DNA of 64,000 nt, taken from IMG/VR virus record IMGVR_UViG_3300028840_003924, positions 1-64,000 of that record; one strand, given 5' to 3'. The DNA is from a virus. Both the position numbers and the translations under genes were made by a program. Positions 10,915 through 23,981 of this stretch are shown in pieces; the first letter of the stretch is position 1; each line of letters begins with the position of its first letter. The notes beneath the pieces were generated by a model, which made no database searches, had not been told where the DNA came from, and saw only the letters and a list, made by a program, of their open reading frames with translations.

Positions 10915-12816
10915 TTATGGTGGATACGACACCGATGTAACGGACACTCTTGAAACCCATTTAACGGTGTCGGTTGCCGATGTTGTTCTAACTTGGACGG
11001 CTGGATTAAATGACGCCAAAGCAACTAGTCGTACTTCGTAACTAGTATCCGATTCGTACAAAACCGTAACGGACTGCCCTGGAAGAACTATGCAATTTAA
11101 CGCAGCCCATTTGAGAAAGCCGCCCCTAATGCGATACGCCCATCGCTTTGCCGCACCAGAGGTTAGACCCACAATCCACACGTCTACATTCCAGACGGTA
11201 TATAGTGGATTCCACAAATTCGTGCTGGTCCCATCTTCCCAAAGTTCATACCATGTGTTGGCAACATGTGTAACTTCTCTTCTTAAAACATGTTCACTTA
11301 GTTGCGAGTCCCCAGCAGTAGCAAATTTCCCTGCCGAATGCCATAGACCTCCCGGTTGTTGGACAAAAGCTTCTTTGCCAATCGCCATCGAATGATCTTT
11401 ATTGATTCCGATGTCATTGTCATAACCACCAGGAATACATGCGTAGTCGCTGGAAATGTTGTTGCTGAAACCGCCACCAATAAATGAATACTGGCCGATA
11501 CCGGAACCACCAGTAATCGAATTGCTGCGGCCAGCCATAATAGCGGCGTTAGGAGTGTTTCCTATGGAGTTATCTTGCCCACCACCAATAACGGTTGTGA
11601 TCCCAGCATTGGTGTTGTTGTTTCCGCCACCAATAGCATTAGCCGTGGCACTGCCCGACATTTGGTTTGAAAAGCCGCCTAGAATAGCTCCGTATACCGT
11701 ATTCACAGTGACAAGCGTATTGTCCCTACCGCCACCTATCACACCGTAACCACCCGTACTTTGAGCAAGATTATTTTGACCTCCAAAAACAATACCATCG
11801 TTTTCACTTACTGTGTTTTCCGCACCACCACCAATTACCGATCTAGCACCACTAGCAACTTGCGTTGCGGCTGTTCGATAAGTTTGGAAATCGTTAGAAT
11901 TTTCACCCCTGGCGTTTCCTGCCGTCGCACCTTCGTTAACAGGTTCTAAATCGTATGTGTTGTCTGTTCCCTGATTAACACCACCTGTAGCTCCCTGTGG
12001 CCCGGTAGGTCCAGTAGGACCTGTAGCTCCCTGGGGGCCAGTAACGCCTTGAGGTCCTTGTGCGCCTTGAGGGCCTGTAGGATCAGAGCCCGTCGCACCT
12101 TGTGCTCCCTGGTTTCCCTGAGTGCCCTGAGGCCCTGTTGGGCCGTTAGGCCCAACAGGGCCGTTACTTCCCTGCGAACCTTGTGCGCCTTGGTTTCCCT
12201 GAGCACCAGTTGGACCGGTTGGACTTGCGCCGGTAGCTCCCTGGGCCCCTTGGTTACCTTGAGGCCCAGTGGGGCCAGTTGGACTTGCGCCGGTAGAACC
12301 CTGAGCCCCCTGAGCCCCCGCATCTCCTTGAGGGCCAGTGGGACCAGTTGGACTTGCACCGGTAGAACCCTGAGCCCCCTGAGCCCCCGCATCTCCTTGA
12401 GGGCCAGTGGGACCAGTTGGACTTGCACCAGTGGCTCCTTGGGCACCTTGAGCGCCGGAAGGTCCGGTACTACCTTGGGCACCTGTGTCACCAGTAGGTC
12501 CAGTAGGTCCGGTTGGACCACCCGCTCCAGTGGCACCTGTGTCACCAGTAGGTCCAGTAGGTCCAGTTGGACCGACATCACCCTGTACACCTTGTGTACC
12601 AGCATTACCTTGGTTACCCTGTGAACCTGTAGGTCCAGTTGGACCCGTTCCAGCAGCACCCTGTGCTCCCGTTGGACCATCTGGCCCTGTGTCTCCCTGC
12701 GAACCCTGTGGCCCCGTAGGACCAGTAGCACCCGTACCCGGAATAATACCATTGATTGTTAGATCAGTCGTAGCATTACTGATATCACTGGAAACATTGT
12801 TGTATATGATGCCCAT
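10915..12816 (-). CDS. Collagen-like fibre, array member 4
   Basis: [20 protein letters not shown]-terminal module with the same modular architecture as its neighbours. Confidence 0.88.
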   Translation of the reverse strand: MGIIYNNVSSDISNATTDLTINGIIPGTGATGPTGPQGSQGDTGPDGPTGAQGAAGTGPTGPTGSQGNQGNAGTQGVQGDVGPTGPTGPTGDTGATGAGGPTGPTGPTGDTGAQGSTGPSGAQGAQGATGASPTGPTGPQGDAGAQGAQGSTGASPTGPTGPQGDAGAQGAQGSTGASPTGPTGPQGNQGAQGATGASPTGPTGAQGNQGAQGSQGSNGPVGPNGPTGPQGTQGNQGAQGATGSDPTGPQGAQGPQGVTGPQGATGPTGPTGPQGATGGVNQGTDNTYDLEPVNEGATAGNARGENSNDFQTYRTAATQVASGARSVIGGGAENTVSENDGIVFGGQNNLAQSTGGYGVIGGGRDNTLVTVNTVYGAILGGFSNQMSGSATANAIGGGNNNTNAGITTVIGGGQDNSIGNTPNAAIMAGRSNSITGGSGIGQYSFIGGGFSNNISSDYACIPGGYDNDIGINKDHSMAIGKEAFVQQPGGLWHSAGKFATAGDSQLSEHVLRREVTHVANTWYELWEDGTSTNLWNPLYTVWNVDVWIVGLTSGAAKRWAYRIRGGFLKWAALNCIVLPGQSVTVLYESDTSYEVRLVALASFNPAVQVRTTSATDTVKWVSRVSVTSVSYPP

Positions 12817-12829
12817 AGTTCCTCATGTG

Positions 12830-14737
12830 TTATTGTTCCACTATCGCCGCTTGTACCCTTGCAACCCAACGCACAGTATCGGTGGCCGATGTAGTTCTTA
12901 CTTCAACGTCTATTCCGTCTGTTGCCCCACCCCACATATCCAGTTGTACTTCGTAACTGGTGTCGCTCTCGTACAACGTGGTGATAGATTGCGCCAGAAT
13001 AGACGTAACGGCCCCATCATTCATTCCCAAGCCTTCTATATTGTATGCCCACCTTTTTGCAGCACCCGATGTTTGACCTACAATCTGAACATACAAAACC
13101 CACAAACTATCAATGGGCATCGCAAGTCGTGTACTGCTTCCATCCAGGTAAAGGGTATACCAAGTGTTTGCTACGTGCGTTATGCTTCGCCGCATTGTCC
13201 AAACACTGGTTTGTGCATCGCCCCTAGTAGCAAATTGACCAGATGCGTGAGTTAATCCACTACCAACACCATTCGCCTCTTTGCCGAATACCATTCCGTA
13301 TAACAACTCCCGGTTATCATCTCCACCGACGATGCAAGAAGAGTTGCCACCAGCACCAGTAATGTTATCTTGACCACCACCAATAAAAGTATAAGCCCCA
13401 TTATTTCTATTGGTGTGTCCTCCAATGATAGTACCATCACTACTGTTGTTATAATTGTCTGTACCACCACCAATGAACCCAAAACCAGAGGTGTTATACC
13501 AGTTGGTATTATTGTCTCCGCCGAGAATGGTTCCATACGGATTGCGTGTCAAGTTAGAGTTGCCACCGCCGACCACCTGCCAGTCGAAGTCGTACTCAAT
13601 TTCGTTATCCAGACCACCACCGATAAAACTATAAAGTGCTTGGTTGGAGGCGTTTAGATAATCGATCATATTGTTCCTACCACCGCCAAGAACATTGTAG
13701 GCATTCCCAGTATTGTCGATTGTGTTTTCCCAACCACCAAGAATTGTGCTGTAGTTGCCTTTAGTAATTTCAGCAGCGGCAGCCCTCCTGGTTTGCAAAT
13801 CAACAGAAAATGTACCTCTAACACTGCCAGCGGTAGCACCTTCATTGGCCGGTTGTAAATCGTAAGTGTGATCTACACCTTGCAAGACACCCGCACCTAC
13901 TCCATCAGGTCCGGTAGGGCCGGTAGGGCCATCAGCACCCGTAGCGCCTTGGGGCCCGGCATTACCAGCGTCACCAGTAGGACCGGTGGGCCCAGTAGTT
14001 CCGGCAGGTCCAGTGTCGCCTTGATTACCTTGAGTTCCTTGAGGCCCGGCAGCGCCGCCAGCACCCGTCGCACCGGTAGCTCCCGTATCACCTTGGTTAC
14101 CCTGCGTTCCTTGGGCACCGGTTGGACCAGTTGCCCCAGTGTCACCGGCTGGTCCAGTGGTCCCTTGAGTTCCTTGAGGACCAGTAGGTCCTGTTGCTCC
14201 AGTAGCACCTGCCACACCGGTATCGCCCTGTGCTCCCTGTGAGCCTTGAGGTCCTGTAGAACCAGTTATTCCGGTTGGCCCCGTTGCACCGGTATCACCT
14301 TGCGAACCTTGTGATCCTTGAGGTCCAGTAGGTCCAGTAGGTCCAGTTACACCAGTAACACCTGTATCACCCTGTGGACCTTGCGATCCCTGAGCACCAG
14401 TATCTCCAGTTGCGCCTGTTGGGCCCTGTGGGCCTTGTGGCCCTGGTCCGGTATCGCCCTGTGCTCCCTGCGGGCCAGTTGGGCCGGTTGGCCCGTCGCT
14501 ACCCTGGTTACCTTGGGCACCTTGAGCGCCCTGTGTTCCTGTAGGGCCTGTGGGGCCTGTAGGACCTGTGCCATCATCTCCGGTTGGTCCCTGAGCACCC
14601 GTATCCCCCTGAACCCCAACATCGCCCGTGGACCCGGTAGGTCCGGTATCACCCTGCCCTGGAAGTATGCCGTTGATCGTTAGATTGCTTGTATCATTAG
14701 TGATGTCGCTAGCAACATTGTCATATAAGATGCCCAT
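12830..14737 (-). CDS. Collagen-like fibre, array member 3
   Basis: [13 protein letters not shown] module, about 250 aa Gly-X-Y, GGxxN repeats, THVANTWY C-terminal domain. Confidence 0.88.
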   Translation of the reverse strand: MGILYDNVASDITNDTSNLTINGILPGQGDTGPTGSTGDVGVQGDTGAQGPTGDDGTGPTGPTGPTGTQGAQGAQGNQGSDGPTGPTGPQGAQGDTGPGPQGPQGPTGATGDTGAQGSQGPQGDTGVTGVTGPTGPTGPQGSQGSQGDTGATGPTGITGSTGPQGSQGAQGDTGVAGATGATGPTGPQGTQGTTGPAGDTGATGPTGAQGTQGNQGDTGATGATGAGGAAGPQGTQGNQGDTGPAGTTGPTGPTGDAGNAGPQGATGADGPTGPTGPDGVGAGVLQGVDHTYDLQPANEGATAGSVRGTFSVDLQTRRAAAAEITKGNYSTILGGWENTIDNTGNAYNVLGGGRNNMIDYLNASNQALYSFIGGGLDNEIEYDFDWQVVGGGNSNLTRNPYGTILGGDNNTNWYNTSGFGFIGGGTDNYNNSSDGTIIGGHTNRNNGAYTFIGGGQDNITGAGGNSSCIVGGDDNRELLYGMVFGKEANGVGSGLTHASGQFATRGDAQTSVWTMRRSITHVANTWYTLYLDGSSTRLAMPIDSLWVLYVQIVGQTSGAAKRWAYNIEGLGMNDGAVTSILAQSITTLYESDTSYEVQLDMWGGATDGIDVEVRTTSATDTVRWVARVQAAIVEQ

Positions 14738-14764
14738 TGATCCCCGCTTATGTTAAACCTATTA

Positions 14765-16666
14765 TCATGCGTACAATACAGCGGCTACTTGCATACGGCA
14801 TGTCCACCTAATTGTGTACACAGTACTAGTTGTCCTTACCCTAACAGTTAAGCCATCTGTTGCGCCGCTCCAAACATTCAGTTCTACTTCATAATCTGTA
14901 CTGCCCTCAAATAACGTCGTGATAGATTGTGCCAATAGTGATGTCGTCCCGCCATCGTTAACTACGACACCCTCGATGTTATAGCCAAAAGCATAACTAC
15001 TGCTACTTGGACTCTGTCTCGAACCTACGATCTGGCAAAATACATTCCATGTACTATCCTCTGGAATAACTGGCAAGTCACTACTACCGTCTGTGTAAAG
15101 GTCATACCACGTATTAGCAACATGTGTAATTTGTCGTCGCATTACCCAAACATGAGTCTGGGCATCTCCACGAGTGGCAAACTGCCCACTGGCATGGCAT
15201 AGCGTTCCATACCCTGGCGAAGCTGCTTCTTGACCAAAAGCCAGAGCGTAGTCATGTTCTACTCGGCAGTCGTCGCCGCATGGGATGGTTGCATAATCTG
15301 CCGCAATATAATTGTCCAAACCACCACCAATAACCGAATACTGAGAAGCACTTGTAATTTCGTTGTTAGAACCGCCACCAATGGCATTCCAAGGCCCAGC
15401 AATCGTGTTGTCCCGGCCACCACCTATAAAGCCACAACCACTTGCGTCGGCAGAAAGGGTATTGGTATCACCACCTACAATAACCCCATAAGGTTGGTCT
15501 ACTGTGTTGTCGAAACCTCCACCAATAACTTGATAATCATAAGTATCAGAAATTAAATTACTGCTACCGCCCCCAATAAACGACCAGTCAGCCGCCGTTA
15601 GTATTTGATTGGCAAAACCACCAGCAACAGCACTGTAAGTAGATTCAACTTTGTTGTTGTGTCCACCAAAAACAGATGAAAAATTACCAGATGCAACTCG
15701 ATCAGCAGCCGTCCGACTGGTTTGAAGATCAACGGTGTTTTCGCCACGAGCATTCCCCGCCGTGGGTCCTTCTAAAGCCGGTTGAATGTCGTAAGTATGA
15801 TCTACGCCCTGTAAGAGTCCACCGCCTACTCCAGTTGGTCCGGTCGCTCCCGTATCCCCCGTGGGCCCTGTAGCTCCCTGTGCCCCAGTAGTACCTTGAG
15901 GTCCAGTAGCTCCAGTTGGTCCATCATCACCAACAGGTCCAACGTCACCCTGGTTACCTTGACTTCCTTGAGCCCCTGTTGGACCCGTTGGACCAGTTAC
16001 GCCCTGTGGTCCAACATCGCCAGTATCACCCTGTACACCTTGTGGACCCGTTGGCCCAGTTGGCCCGGTTGCGCCTTGAACTCCAGCATTACCTTGAACG
16101 CCTTGAGCGCCAGTTGCACCCGTAGGTCCGGTCGCTCCTTGAGCACCGACATCTCCAGTATCACCTTGAGCACCTTGAGCGCCAGTTGCACCCGTAGGTC
16201 CGGTCGCTCCTTGAGCCCCAACGTCGCCCGTATCACCTTGGGCACCTTGCGATCCAGTTGCACCAGTAGCTCCGGTTGCCCCTTGGGGACCAACATCACC
16301 TTGGTTTCCTTGAGCCCCTGTTGGACCGGTGTCACCCTGTGGACCGGTATCACCCGTCGCTCCTGTTGGACCTGGACCTACATCTCCTGTTGGGCCCGTT
16401 GGACCGGATGGTCCAGTATTGCCGTCGTCACCCTGTGTACCTTGCGTACCCTGAACACCCTGTGCGCCTTGCGGACCTGTAGGGCCCGTTGGACCTGTAC
16501 CGTCATAGCCGGTTGGCCCCTGTGAACCAGTAACGCCCTGAGCACCTGTTGCCCCTTGTGCCCCTGTTGGTCCGGTCGCCGCCGCACCTGGAAGAATGCC
16601 GTTGATTGTCAGATCACTAGTATCATTAGTGATGTCGTCTATGACATTGTCGTAGATGATGCCCAT
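14765..16666 (-). CDS. Collagen-like fibre, array member 2
   Basis: [13 protein letters not shown] module with the same architecture. Ends in TGA-TAA-TAG. Confidence 0.88.
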   Translation of the reverse strand: MGIIYDNVIDDITNDTSDLTINGILPGAAATGPTGAQGATGAQGVTGSQGPTGYDGTGPTGPTGPQGAQGVQGTQGTQGDDGNTGPSGPTGPTGDVGPGPTGATGDTGPQGDTGPTGAQGNQGDVGPQGATGATGATGSQGAQGDTGDVGAQGATGPTGATGAQGAQGDTGDVGAQGATGPTGATGAQGVQGNAGVQGATGPTGPTGPQGVQGDTGDVGPQGVTGPTGPTGAQGSQGNQGDVGPVGDDGPTGATGPQGTTGAQGATGPTGDTGATGPTGVGGGLLQGVDHTYDIQPALEGPTAGNARGENTVDLQTSRTAADRVASGNFSSVFGGHNNKVESTYSAVAGGFANQILTAADWSFIGGGSSNLISDTYDYQVIGGGFDNTVDQPYGVIVGGDTNTLSADASGCGFIGGGRDNTIAGPWNAIGGGSNNEITSASQYSVIGGGLDNYIAADYATIPCGDDCRVEHDYALAFGQEAASPGYGTLCHASGQFATRGDAQTHVWVMRRQITHVANTWYDLYTDGSSDLPVIPEDSTWNVFCQIVGSRQSPSSSSYAFGYNIEGVVVNDGGTTSLLAQSITTLFEGSTDYEVELNVWSGATDGLTVRVRTTSTVYTIRWTCRMQVAAVLYA

Positions 16667-16698
16667 GTGTCCCCACTATGATTGATTAGATGTCACCG

Positions 16699-16750
16699 AT
16701 TCGATTCAATTTCGTTGCTGCATTCGGTTCAATCTATTTATCCGTTCAAT
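16699..16750 (-). repeat. Three imperfect 11-12-bp direct repeats around a late-promoter-like motif
   Basis: Plus strand ATTCGATTCAAT (16699), ATTCGGTTCAAT (16722), ATCCGTTCAAT (16740); ATAAATAG on the minus strand at 16734-16741. Confidence 0.55.
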
Positions 16751-16808
16751 CTGGTAATTTTGGACATCGGATAAGCTTCATTGCTTGCGGCGTAATGTTG
16801 TAAAGTAT

Positions 16809-18845
<2,037 letters not shown>

Positions 18846-18875
18846 GCGGGAATCCCTCTCGGTTGTCGCTATAAG

Positions 18876-19427
18876 CTATATATGCGCCCGTTCCCACTTA
18901 CACCAGAAGTGGCCAGATTCCGGCACACATAGTTGAGGTTGCAAGCGTTCTATCACATCTTCCTGCGTTTCAAACACTTGAAGGTGTGCAACGTATGGCA
19001 TGTTGATCGGAACGGAGCCGATCATTACGCCACCCGCCGATAACTTAGATAGGGCAAGCCCAACCAGTTTTGATGGTTCTTCTAGGTGCTCTAAGACCTC
19101 AAAGCAAGCGATGGTATCGAATAAAGTCTCAGAATGGCTCATATAGGCCCACACGTCCTCACACACGAGCGCAACGTCCGGATAGGTAGTTTGAGCCATC
19201 TTGATCCTACCCTCGCTGTAATCGACGCCTGTGTACGTTACACGGTATTTTCTCAAATCCCCATACAAGCGAGCGTCCCCACAACCAAGGTCTAAGACTG
19301 AGCCCCCAGGTAGGATGCGGGTGCCCAACTTCTCCAAGATTTCTTCAAGTTTGATGTCGTCTAATGACGATGCATACGATAGGTGGCTATCGTAATGGCC
19401 AAGTAGATTTTTCTCTTTCTCATACAT
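18876..19427 (-). CDS. Class I SAM-dependent methyltransferase
   Basis: VLDLGCGDA, GVDYS, FDTIACFEVLEHL. Confidence 0.9.
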   Translation of the reverse strand: MYEKEKNLLGHYDSHLSYASSLDDIKLEEILEKLGTRILPGGSVLDLGCGDARLYGDLRKYRVTYTGVDYSEGRIKMAQTTYPDVALVCEDVWAYMSHSETLFDTIACFEVLEHLEEPSKLVGLALSKLSAGGVMIGSVPINMPYVAHLQVFETQEDVIERLQPQLCVPESGHFWCKWERAHI

Positions 19428-19441
19428 GTGCTAATAGAGCT

Positions 19442-19957
19442 ATGACACGAAAATACCTCAACGACCGTTGGTGTGTTAGATGCAACCGTTTGGGTCCGAC
19501 TCCTTACTTGAAAACACACTGGAAGAAGTTAGTCCCCGAAGACAAGGACAGTTGCATCGTTGATATCGGATGTGGAAACGGCAGAAATGCCACGTTCCTA
19601 AAAGGGCAGGGTTACAAGAACGTGAAAGCTTTCGATATGGCCAACGACTACGGGGTGAAATTGGTCCTCGGAGCAGAACCATTTCCGATTCCAGACAAGT
19701 CTGCTGATGTAATACTAGCGAACTACGTCTTCATGTTCCTCGACAAGAAGGAGAGATCACAGGCAATCAGGGAGATCAAGAGAGTTGCCAAGCCGGGTTG
19801 CACGATCATGGTCGAACTCTACCCAGCCAAAGACAGTCACGCAAAGAGCGAAGCGGCTACCGCCAAGTTGCAAAAGCAGCTTCTGAAGGCACTAGGGTGG
19901 GATGCGTTGCGCTTCAGCAAAAACCGCTTCATCGCTAAGCACAGTTGTGGTGACTGA
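19442..19957 (+). CDS. Class I SAM-dependent methyltransferase (type 11-like)
   Basis: IVDIGCGNGRN, ADVILANYVFMFL, EIKRVAKPG. Confidence 0.85.
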   Translation: MTRKYLNDRWCVRCNRLGPTPYLKTHWKKLVPEDKDSCIVDIGCGNGRNATFLKGQGYKNVKAFDMANDYGVKLVLGAEPFPIPDKSADVILANYVFMFLDKKERSQAIREIKRVAKPGCTIMVELYPAKDSHAKSEAATAKLQKQLLKALGWDALRFSKNRFIAKHSCGD

Positions 19958-20135
19958 AGTGACATCGCCGACTGTGCAGATAAGCAGCCAAGCCACAAGG
20001 CAGATGCTTTTTCAGCGGTTCAGGCTCGACCTCTGGTTTCGGCTGGCGAGCCCGATAGTCCTTGAAAAGTCGTTGCACGAGAGCGGGATTGTTCACCGCA
20101 AATGCGATTTGCATGATCTGGCGTTTTGAAAGCAT
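19935..20135 (-). CDS. Small protein paralogous to the N-terminus of the adjacent repeat protein
   Basis: MLSKRQIMQIAFAVNNPALVQRLFKDYRARQ versus MPTKAQIMQIGMSLKNPALTARMMKDYNARQ. Confidence 0.7.
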   Translation of the reverse strand: MLSKRQIMQIAFAVNNPALVQRLFKDYRARQPKPEVEPEPLKKHLPCGLAAYLHSRRCHFSHHNCA

Positions 20136-20155
20136 GCGGTATGTATCCCGCATGC

Positions 20156-21172
20156 CTATGGATTCTTCGGCGCAAAGCCTGAACCAGAGGGTGAAGCTGG
20201 TGGCACGCCATGGCAGGTACAACCTTGCAATGCGGTGACTTGCAATGCGGTGATGAGTGCGGCGTTCCTACCATCACGACAATCCTCGCATTCGTCGTTG
20301 CCGCAGTTGCAACCTTCGTATTTCTTCTTCTGCCACATCTTGTAACCCTGTTCGGTAAGCTGCCTGCCATGGACGTAATACAAGTCTTTCTGGCTCTTGT
20401 CGAGATGGACAACTGCTGGGCCGTCCTCCCGGTGAAATACCCCGTATAGGAACCACGCCTCGTAAGCTTTCGTGATAACGGCGGGCCCCTTTTCATTATG
20501 TCGCTTCCCCTCAAACCAGAACTCCTGGTCGCCATTCTTCTTCAAGATTGCGGGCCCATCTGCCCGGTGTATCTGCCCACGCATACACCATCGTAGATAA
20601 TCCCCGCCTCTTCTGGAAGGCTTATCACCATCACGGTGTTCCTGCCCGTTAACACACCAAACTTGCACACCGTCGTACCGTATGATAGCCGGGCCATCAA
20701 GCCTATGCAGTCTGCCATGTTGATAGTACCGCTTGGCCGGGAGCATGTAAGAAAACCTTTTACGGTCTCGATCTTCCCAAATAGCGAGGTATCGTGGCCT
20801 CCCGTTAGTAAAGGCCCTGATGGCTTCGTAGCCCTTGATATCAAGGGCGGGTCCACCGTCTCGGTGTAAGCGACCATCAATATACCACCCTTCGCTACCC
20901 TCCTCCCAAATAAGCGCAGGCCCGTCTGTTCGATGCAGCCAACCTTCGGCGTTCCAGTGGGAGGTTCTATGCGGCCTGCCATGGTAGAAATAGCGGACGA
21001 CCCAACCGTCCCCATTACGCTGCTGAGTGTAAGTGAAACCTTCCCCACATTTCACTTCGGGCGGCTTCCGATGGCAGGACTGGCGGGCGTTGTAATCTTT
21101 CATCATCCGGGCCGTGAGAGCCGGATTCTTAAGCGACATTCCAATCTGCATGATCTGAGCTTTGGTGGGCAT
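20156..21172 (-). CDS. LHRxDGPA (MORN-variant-like) repeat protein
   Basis: About 7 copies of WY..G.LHR.DGPA; Cys-rich C-terminus; GGAG SD before ATG 21172. Confidence 0.8.
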   Translation of the reverse strand: MPTKAQIMQIGMSLKNPALTARMMKDYNARQSCHRKPPEVKCGEGFTYTQQRNGDGWVVRYFYHGRPHRTSHWNAEGWLHRTDGPALIWEEGSEGWYIDGRLHRDGGPALDIKGYEAIRAFTNGRPRYLAIWEDRDRKRFSYMLPAKRYYQHGRLHRLDGPAIIRYDGVQVWCVNGQEHRDGDKPSRRGGDYLRWCMRGQIHRADGPAILKKNGDQEFWFEGKRHNEKGPAVITKAYEAWFLYGVFHREDGPAVVHLDKSQKDLYYVHGRQLTEQGYKMWQKKKYEGCNCGNDECEDCRDGRNAALITALQVTALQGCTCHGVPPASPSGSGFAPKNP

Positions 21173-21221
21173 GATAGGACTCCTGGGGTTCGGAACCCAT
21201 TTTATCATAAAATATCCCAGG

Positions 21222-21650
21222 TCAAAAGTTCACTTCAAAAGGACTCCGCTTCGTTGTCACTAGGATATCCAAACCCATCATCAAAGGGGGTGGAAGTTCA
21301 TCCCAAGAGAACCAGTCCCAGCACTCGCACTTCTTGGGCTCTTTCACCTCTGCCTCACCGGAAATCCAGTCCGATACCATGAACAAGACAACATAATGCT
21401 TCTCTTCATCGTAGAAACGTGTATTTACCGCCGTCCAGAATTTAGGACTGGTGACAGTCATCTCTTTGCCAGCTTCTTCGTACATCTCACGTAGAGCACA
21501 TATTTCCCAAGTCTCCCACTTCTCAAGATGACCGCCTGGAAAAGCCCACGTACCGGGCGAATGATTACCTTTTCGTTTATGAAGCAATACTTTGCCATTT
21601 CGTCTAATACAGAGCGCCACACCAACCTGCGGATAATCGAACCTAGACAT
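21222..21650 (-). CDS. Nudix hydrolase (NUDT15/MutT-like)
   Basis: [23 protein letters not shown] Nudix box; [11 protein letters not shown]. Confidence 0.92.
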   Translation of the reverse strand: MSRFDYPQVGVALCIRRNGKVLLHKRKGNHSPGTWAFPGGHLEKWETWEICALREMYEEAGKEMTVTSPKFWTAVNTRFYDEEKHYVVLFMVSDWISGEAEVKEPKKCECWDWFSWDELPPPLMMGLDILVTTKRSPFEVNF

Positions 21651-21658
21651 AACTCACC

Positions 21659-22351
21659 TCAAATTAGACCTTCAATAAGTAGTTTGATACACTCCCTCCA
21701 ACCTTGAGGGACAATGTAAATTGCATTCCACTCAACGGACTGTTGATAAACTCGCCAGCGATCTTGTAAGACGCCTAAGAAACAACCCGTCACATCATCT
21801 TCAATGTAACCCCCTTCATCACGAATGAAAATATCAGTCTTGTCAAGCAAGACAAACATCTCCTCAGAAATGATAAGGTAGCAACCTCCCTCAAAGCCCC
21901 GCCATTGTAAATCATGAGACATATCCGTTATCGCCCTGTGTAGCGACAGAATGTTGTCAGTGACATCCTCAGTCTCAGACCAATGAAAACCCGCAACCAT
22001 GAGAGGTTCTAACAACTCACAATCTAAGGGTTGGTAGCAAGGGTCAAAGTCGTACTCAACTGTCACCCGCACCCGCTTTGGCGGCGAATCGAGCCATCTG
22101 AGCACAAGCTCACCCTTAAGAGTGTCGCATCGACACTTCTCACAAACGAAATATTCATGGGGTTCATGACCTCCCGAACCCTGAAGATAGAATTTCCCCC
22201 AACGGTCGACATCGAAGTAGGCGATCTCTTCGTCATCAACCGAGACCTCTCCCCAGAAAGTTACTGGATCAACCATTGGATGATCCAGCAAGATCGTGGA
22301 CTCTGTGGACGCTCGCTTGGCGGCGACCCTTTTTGTTTCCTTGACTAGCAT
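21659..22351 (-). CDS. Diverged partial paralog of the major capsid protein
   Basis: Aligns by eye to MCP aa ~140-243 (VTVEYDFD vs ITVNYEYN) and ~311-411 (GGCYLIISEE vs GGANWIVTSPE; LGVLQDRWRVYQ vs VGTVAARWRLYK). Confidence 0.75.
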   Translation of the reverse strand: MLVKETKRVAAKRASTESTILLDHPMVDPVTFWGEVSVDDEEIAYFDVDRWGKFYLQGSGGHEPHEYFVCEKCRCDTLKGELVLRWLDSPPKRVRVTVEYDFDPCYQPLDCELLEPLMVAGFHWSETEDVTDNILSLHRAITDMSHDLQWRGFEGGCYLIISEEMFVLLDKTDIFIRDEGGYIEDDVTGCFLGVLQDRWRVYQQSVEWNAIYIVPQGWRECIKLLIEGLI

Positions 22352-22376
22352 CGTTAGCGAATGAAGTTACAGACCG

Positions 22377-22493
22377 TTAACTTTGCGCACTGACCCTTGT
22401 CAGGCCCGGTGCAATAATATCCAGATTCGCCGAACAGGGTGACCCTTGGTGAATGCTGTATTCGTCGTCCAATGGGAATTGTTGGTTTTTCAT
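22377..22493 (-). CDS. 38-aa ORF homologous to MCP aa ~113-134
   Basis: MKNQQFPLDDEYSIHQGSPCSANLDI versus MCP PGFPGDDALSLQQLASGDANLDI; AAGGAG SD; absent from the ORF track. Confidence 0.6.
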   Translation of the reverse strand: MKNQQFPLDDEYSIHQGSPCSANLDIIAPGLTRVSAQS

Positions 22494-22593
22494 TCTATCT
22501 CCTTTGCTCTTGTATAAGAGTTAGATCGACAGAAAGAGCCACAAACTTGAGATGAATCGACTAGATTAAGATAACTCTTAACTAGGAGGTTCA

Positions 22594-22956
22594 ATGGACC
22601 ATATCGACAACACCTACCTCGAAGGCATTATCAGCCGATTCGACAAAACCAATGATGAAGAAGACGGACAAAAAGTAGCCGCTTGCTTCCAAACCATCGC
22701 AGAGAAGATAGTTCAAGTTGCGGCATTCCCGCCTGTCACTCTAGGCGCAAAAGATGATAAGGAGGTTGCGAAATGGCTTGTCTTGATCTCCTTTCACCGA
22801 CTTCACCACTACAACTCAGAAAAGGGGAAGGCGTTCAACTACTTCGCTACGGTGATGCTGAACTATCTCCGCAAAGAGCACCAACGGTGGCAGAAGCGCA
22901 CAAAGCTAGAGCAGATGTACGGTCGATATGTTGATGGTAATACGATGGAAGAGTGA
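22594..22956 (+). CDS. Truncated sigma-factor-like protein (T4 gp55 region-2-like)
   Basis: LHHYNSEKGKAFNYFATVMLNYLR resembles the F.P.K..AF.YFT motif of gp55-type late sigma factors; GGAGG SD. Confidence 0.6.
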   Translation: MDHIDNTYLEGIISRFDKTNDEEDGQKVAACFQTIAEKIVQVAAFPPVTLGAKDDKEVAKWLVLISFHRLHHYNSEKGKAFNYFATVMLNYLRKEHQRWQKRTKLEQMYGRYVDGNTMEE

Positions 22957-23130
22957 CTACTCGTCCTCGTTGTCTAGCAGCCACATGTGATAGACTTTAT
23001 CGACATGTTCGCTAAGATATTTATCAATAGCACCAGCGTTAAAACGCTTGATTTTCTCTAGTAGATGCTCAATCTCTGCCTTGGTGTAAGTCTTTTCTGA
23101 CTCGCCCCAAATCATATCCCAAAATCCCAT
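22957..23130 (-). CDS. Hypothetical 57-aa protein
   Basis: MGFWDMIWGESEKTYTKAEIEHLLEKIK...; AGGAGG SD and upstream CTAAATAC; absent from the ORF track. Confidence 0.6.
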   Translation of the reverse strand: MGFWDMIWGESEKTYTKAEIEHLLEKIKRFNAGAIDKYLSEHVDKVYHMWLLDNEDE

Positions 23131-23149
23131 GGTACCTCCTTGTAAGTAT

Positions 23150-23353
23150 TTAGGGGATGTCGTGGAAATACTCTGGGTAGTTGTCCTTGTTGTTCATGAA
23201 CGGAAGATGTGCGACCTGATAAGGGTTGCGGCACTTCTTCTTGTATTCCTCTGCTTCTGCTTGATCGAGGAAGTCTCTGGTGAAAACGTAAGGTCCAATT
23301 TGGCGTCCGAAGATATCTTCGTAGATTACCCATGCTTTAGTTGGTGAAGTCAT
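23150..23353 (-). CDS. Hypothetical protein
   Basis: 67-aa ORF with GAGG SD, co-oriented with its neighbours. Confidence 0.55.
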   Translation of the reverse strand: MTSPTKAWVIYEDIFGRQIGPYVFTRDFLDQAEAEEYKKKCRNPYQVAHLPFMNNKDNYPEYFHDIP

Positions 23354-23384
23354 GCTTTCCTCTCTTTCTTTGCCTAATAGAGGG

Positions 23385-23930
23385 TCATTCTTGGTTTTTC
23401 AGTTGCTCTTTGAGATCGGCGATGAGTTGATCCTTTTCCTTTTCCCTGATCTCCTTATCGATCACGAACTTGTTTACGACGCACCCCTTTCGCCAGTATT
23501 GTTCCGAAAGCCTACCAGCGGAGATAATTGCTGGGCCATCGAGCCGATGTAACTCACCCTTCACAAACCACGATTCTGCTCCGTGAGGATCAGTGATGGC
23601 TGGTGCGCCTTCACGGTGAAGCTTACCATCCTTATACCAATGCTTCTCGCCGTCCTCGTAGATGATAGCTGGTTCATCGCCATCACGATGTATCACGCCG
23701 TGTCTAAACCAAGTTTCGGTTCCATCGATAAGAAACCTTGCCGGGCCATCCTCTCGGTGAGGCTTACCATCTTTATCACGGTATTCGAGTCCAATTACGC
23801 CATCTACATGACAGAACACAGCACCGGGCGGACGGTCTTCAGATGCGATGAGAAGAGAGCGAAGGTCTTCATCAATATGGGTAGCGGCAAGCAGCCTTTT
23901 GGTCAGTCGAAATGTTTTCTTCCCGGCCAT
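23385..23930 (-). CDS. LHRxDGPA (MORN-variant-like) repeat protein
   Basis: Four HREDGPA/HRDGDEPA/HREGAPA/HRLDGPA repeats. Confidence 0.8.
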   Translation of the reverse strand: MAGKKTFRLTKRLLAATHIDEDLRSLLIASEDRPPGAVFCHVDGVIGLEYRDKDGKPHREDGPARFLIDGTETWFRHGVIHRDGDEPAIIYEDGEKHWYKDGKLHREGAPAITDPHGAESWFVKGELHRLDGPAIISAGRLSEQYWRKGCVVNKFVIDKEIREKEKDQLIADLKEQLKNQE

Positions 23931-23981
23931 TAACGTGTTCTCTTTGAGAGCCGGAAGTATGTACGTTGGGATGTAGTTATT

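Noticed and set aside
16699-16750. Mini CRISPR array (ATTGAA resembles CRISPR repeat ends; a Cas4-like gene is present)
   Set aside because: Repeats are only 11-12 bp with 6-11-nt gaps, far below CRISPR repeat and spacer sizes.
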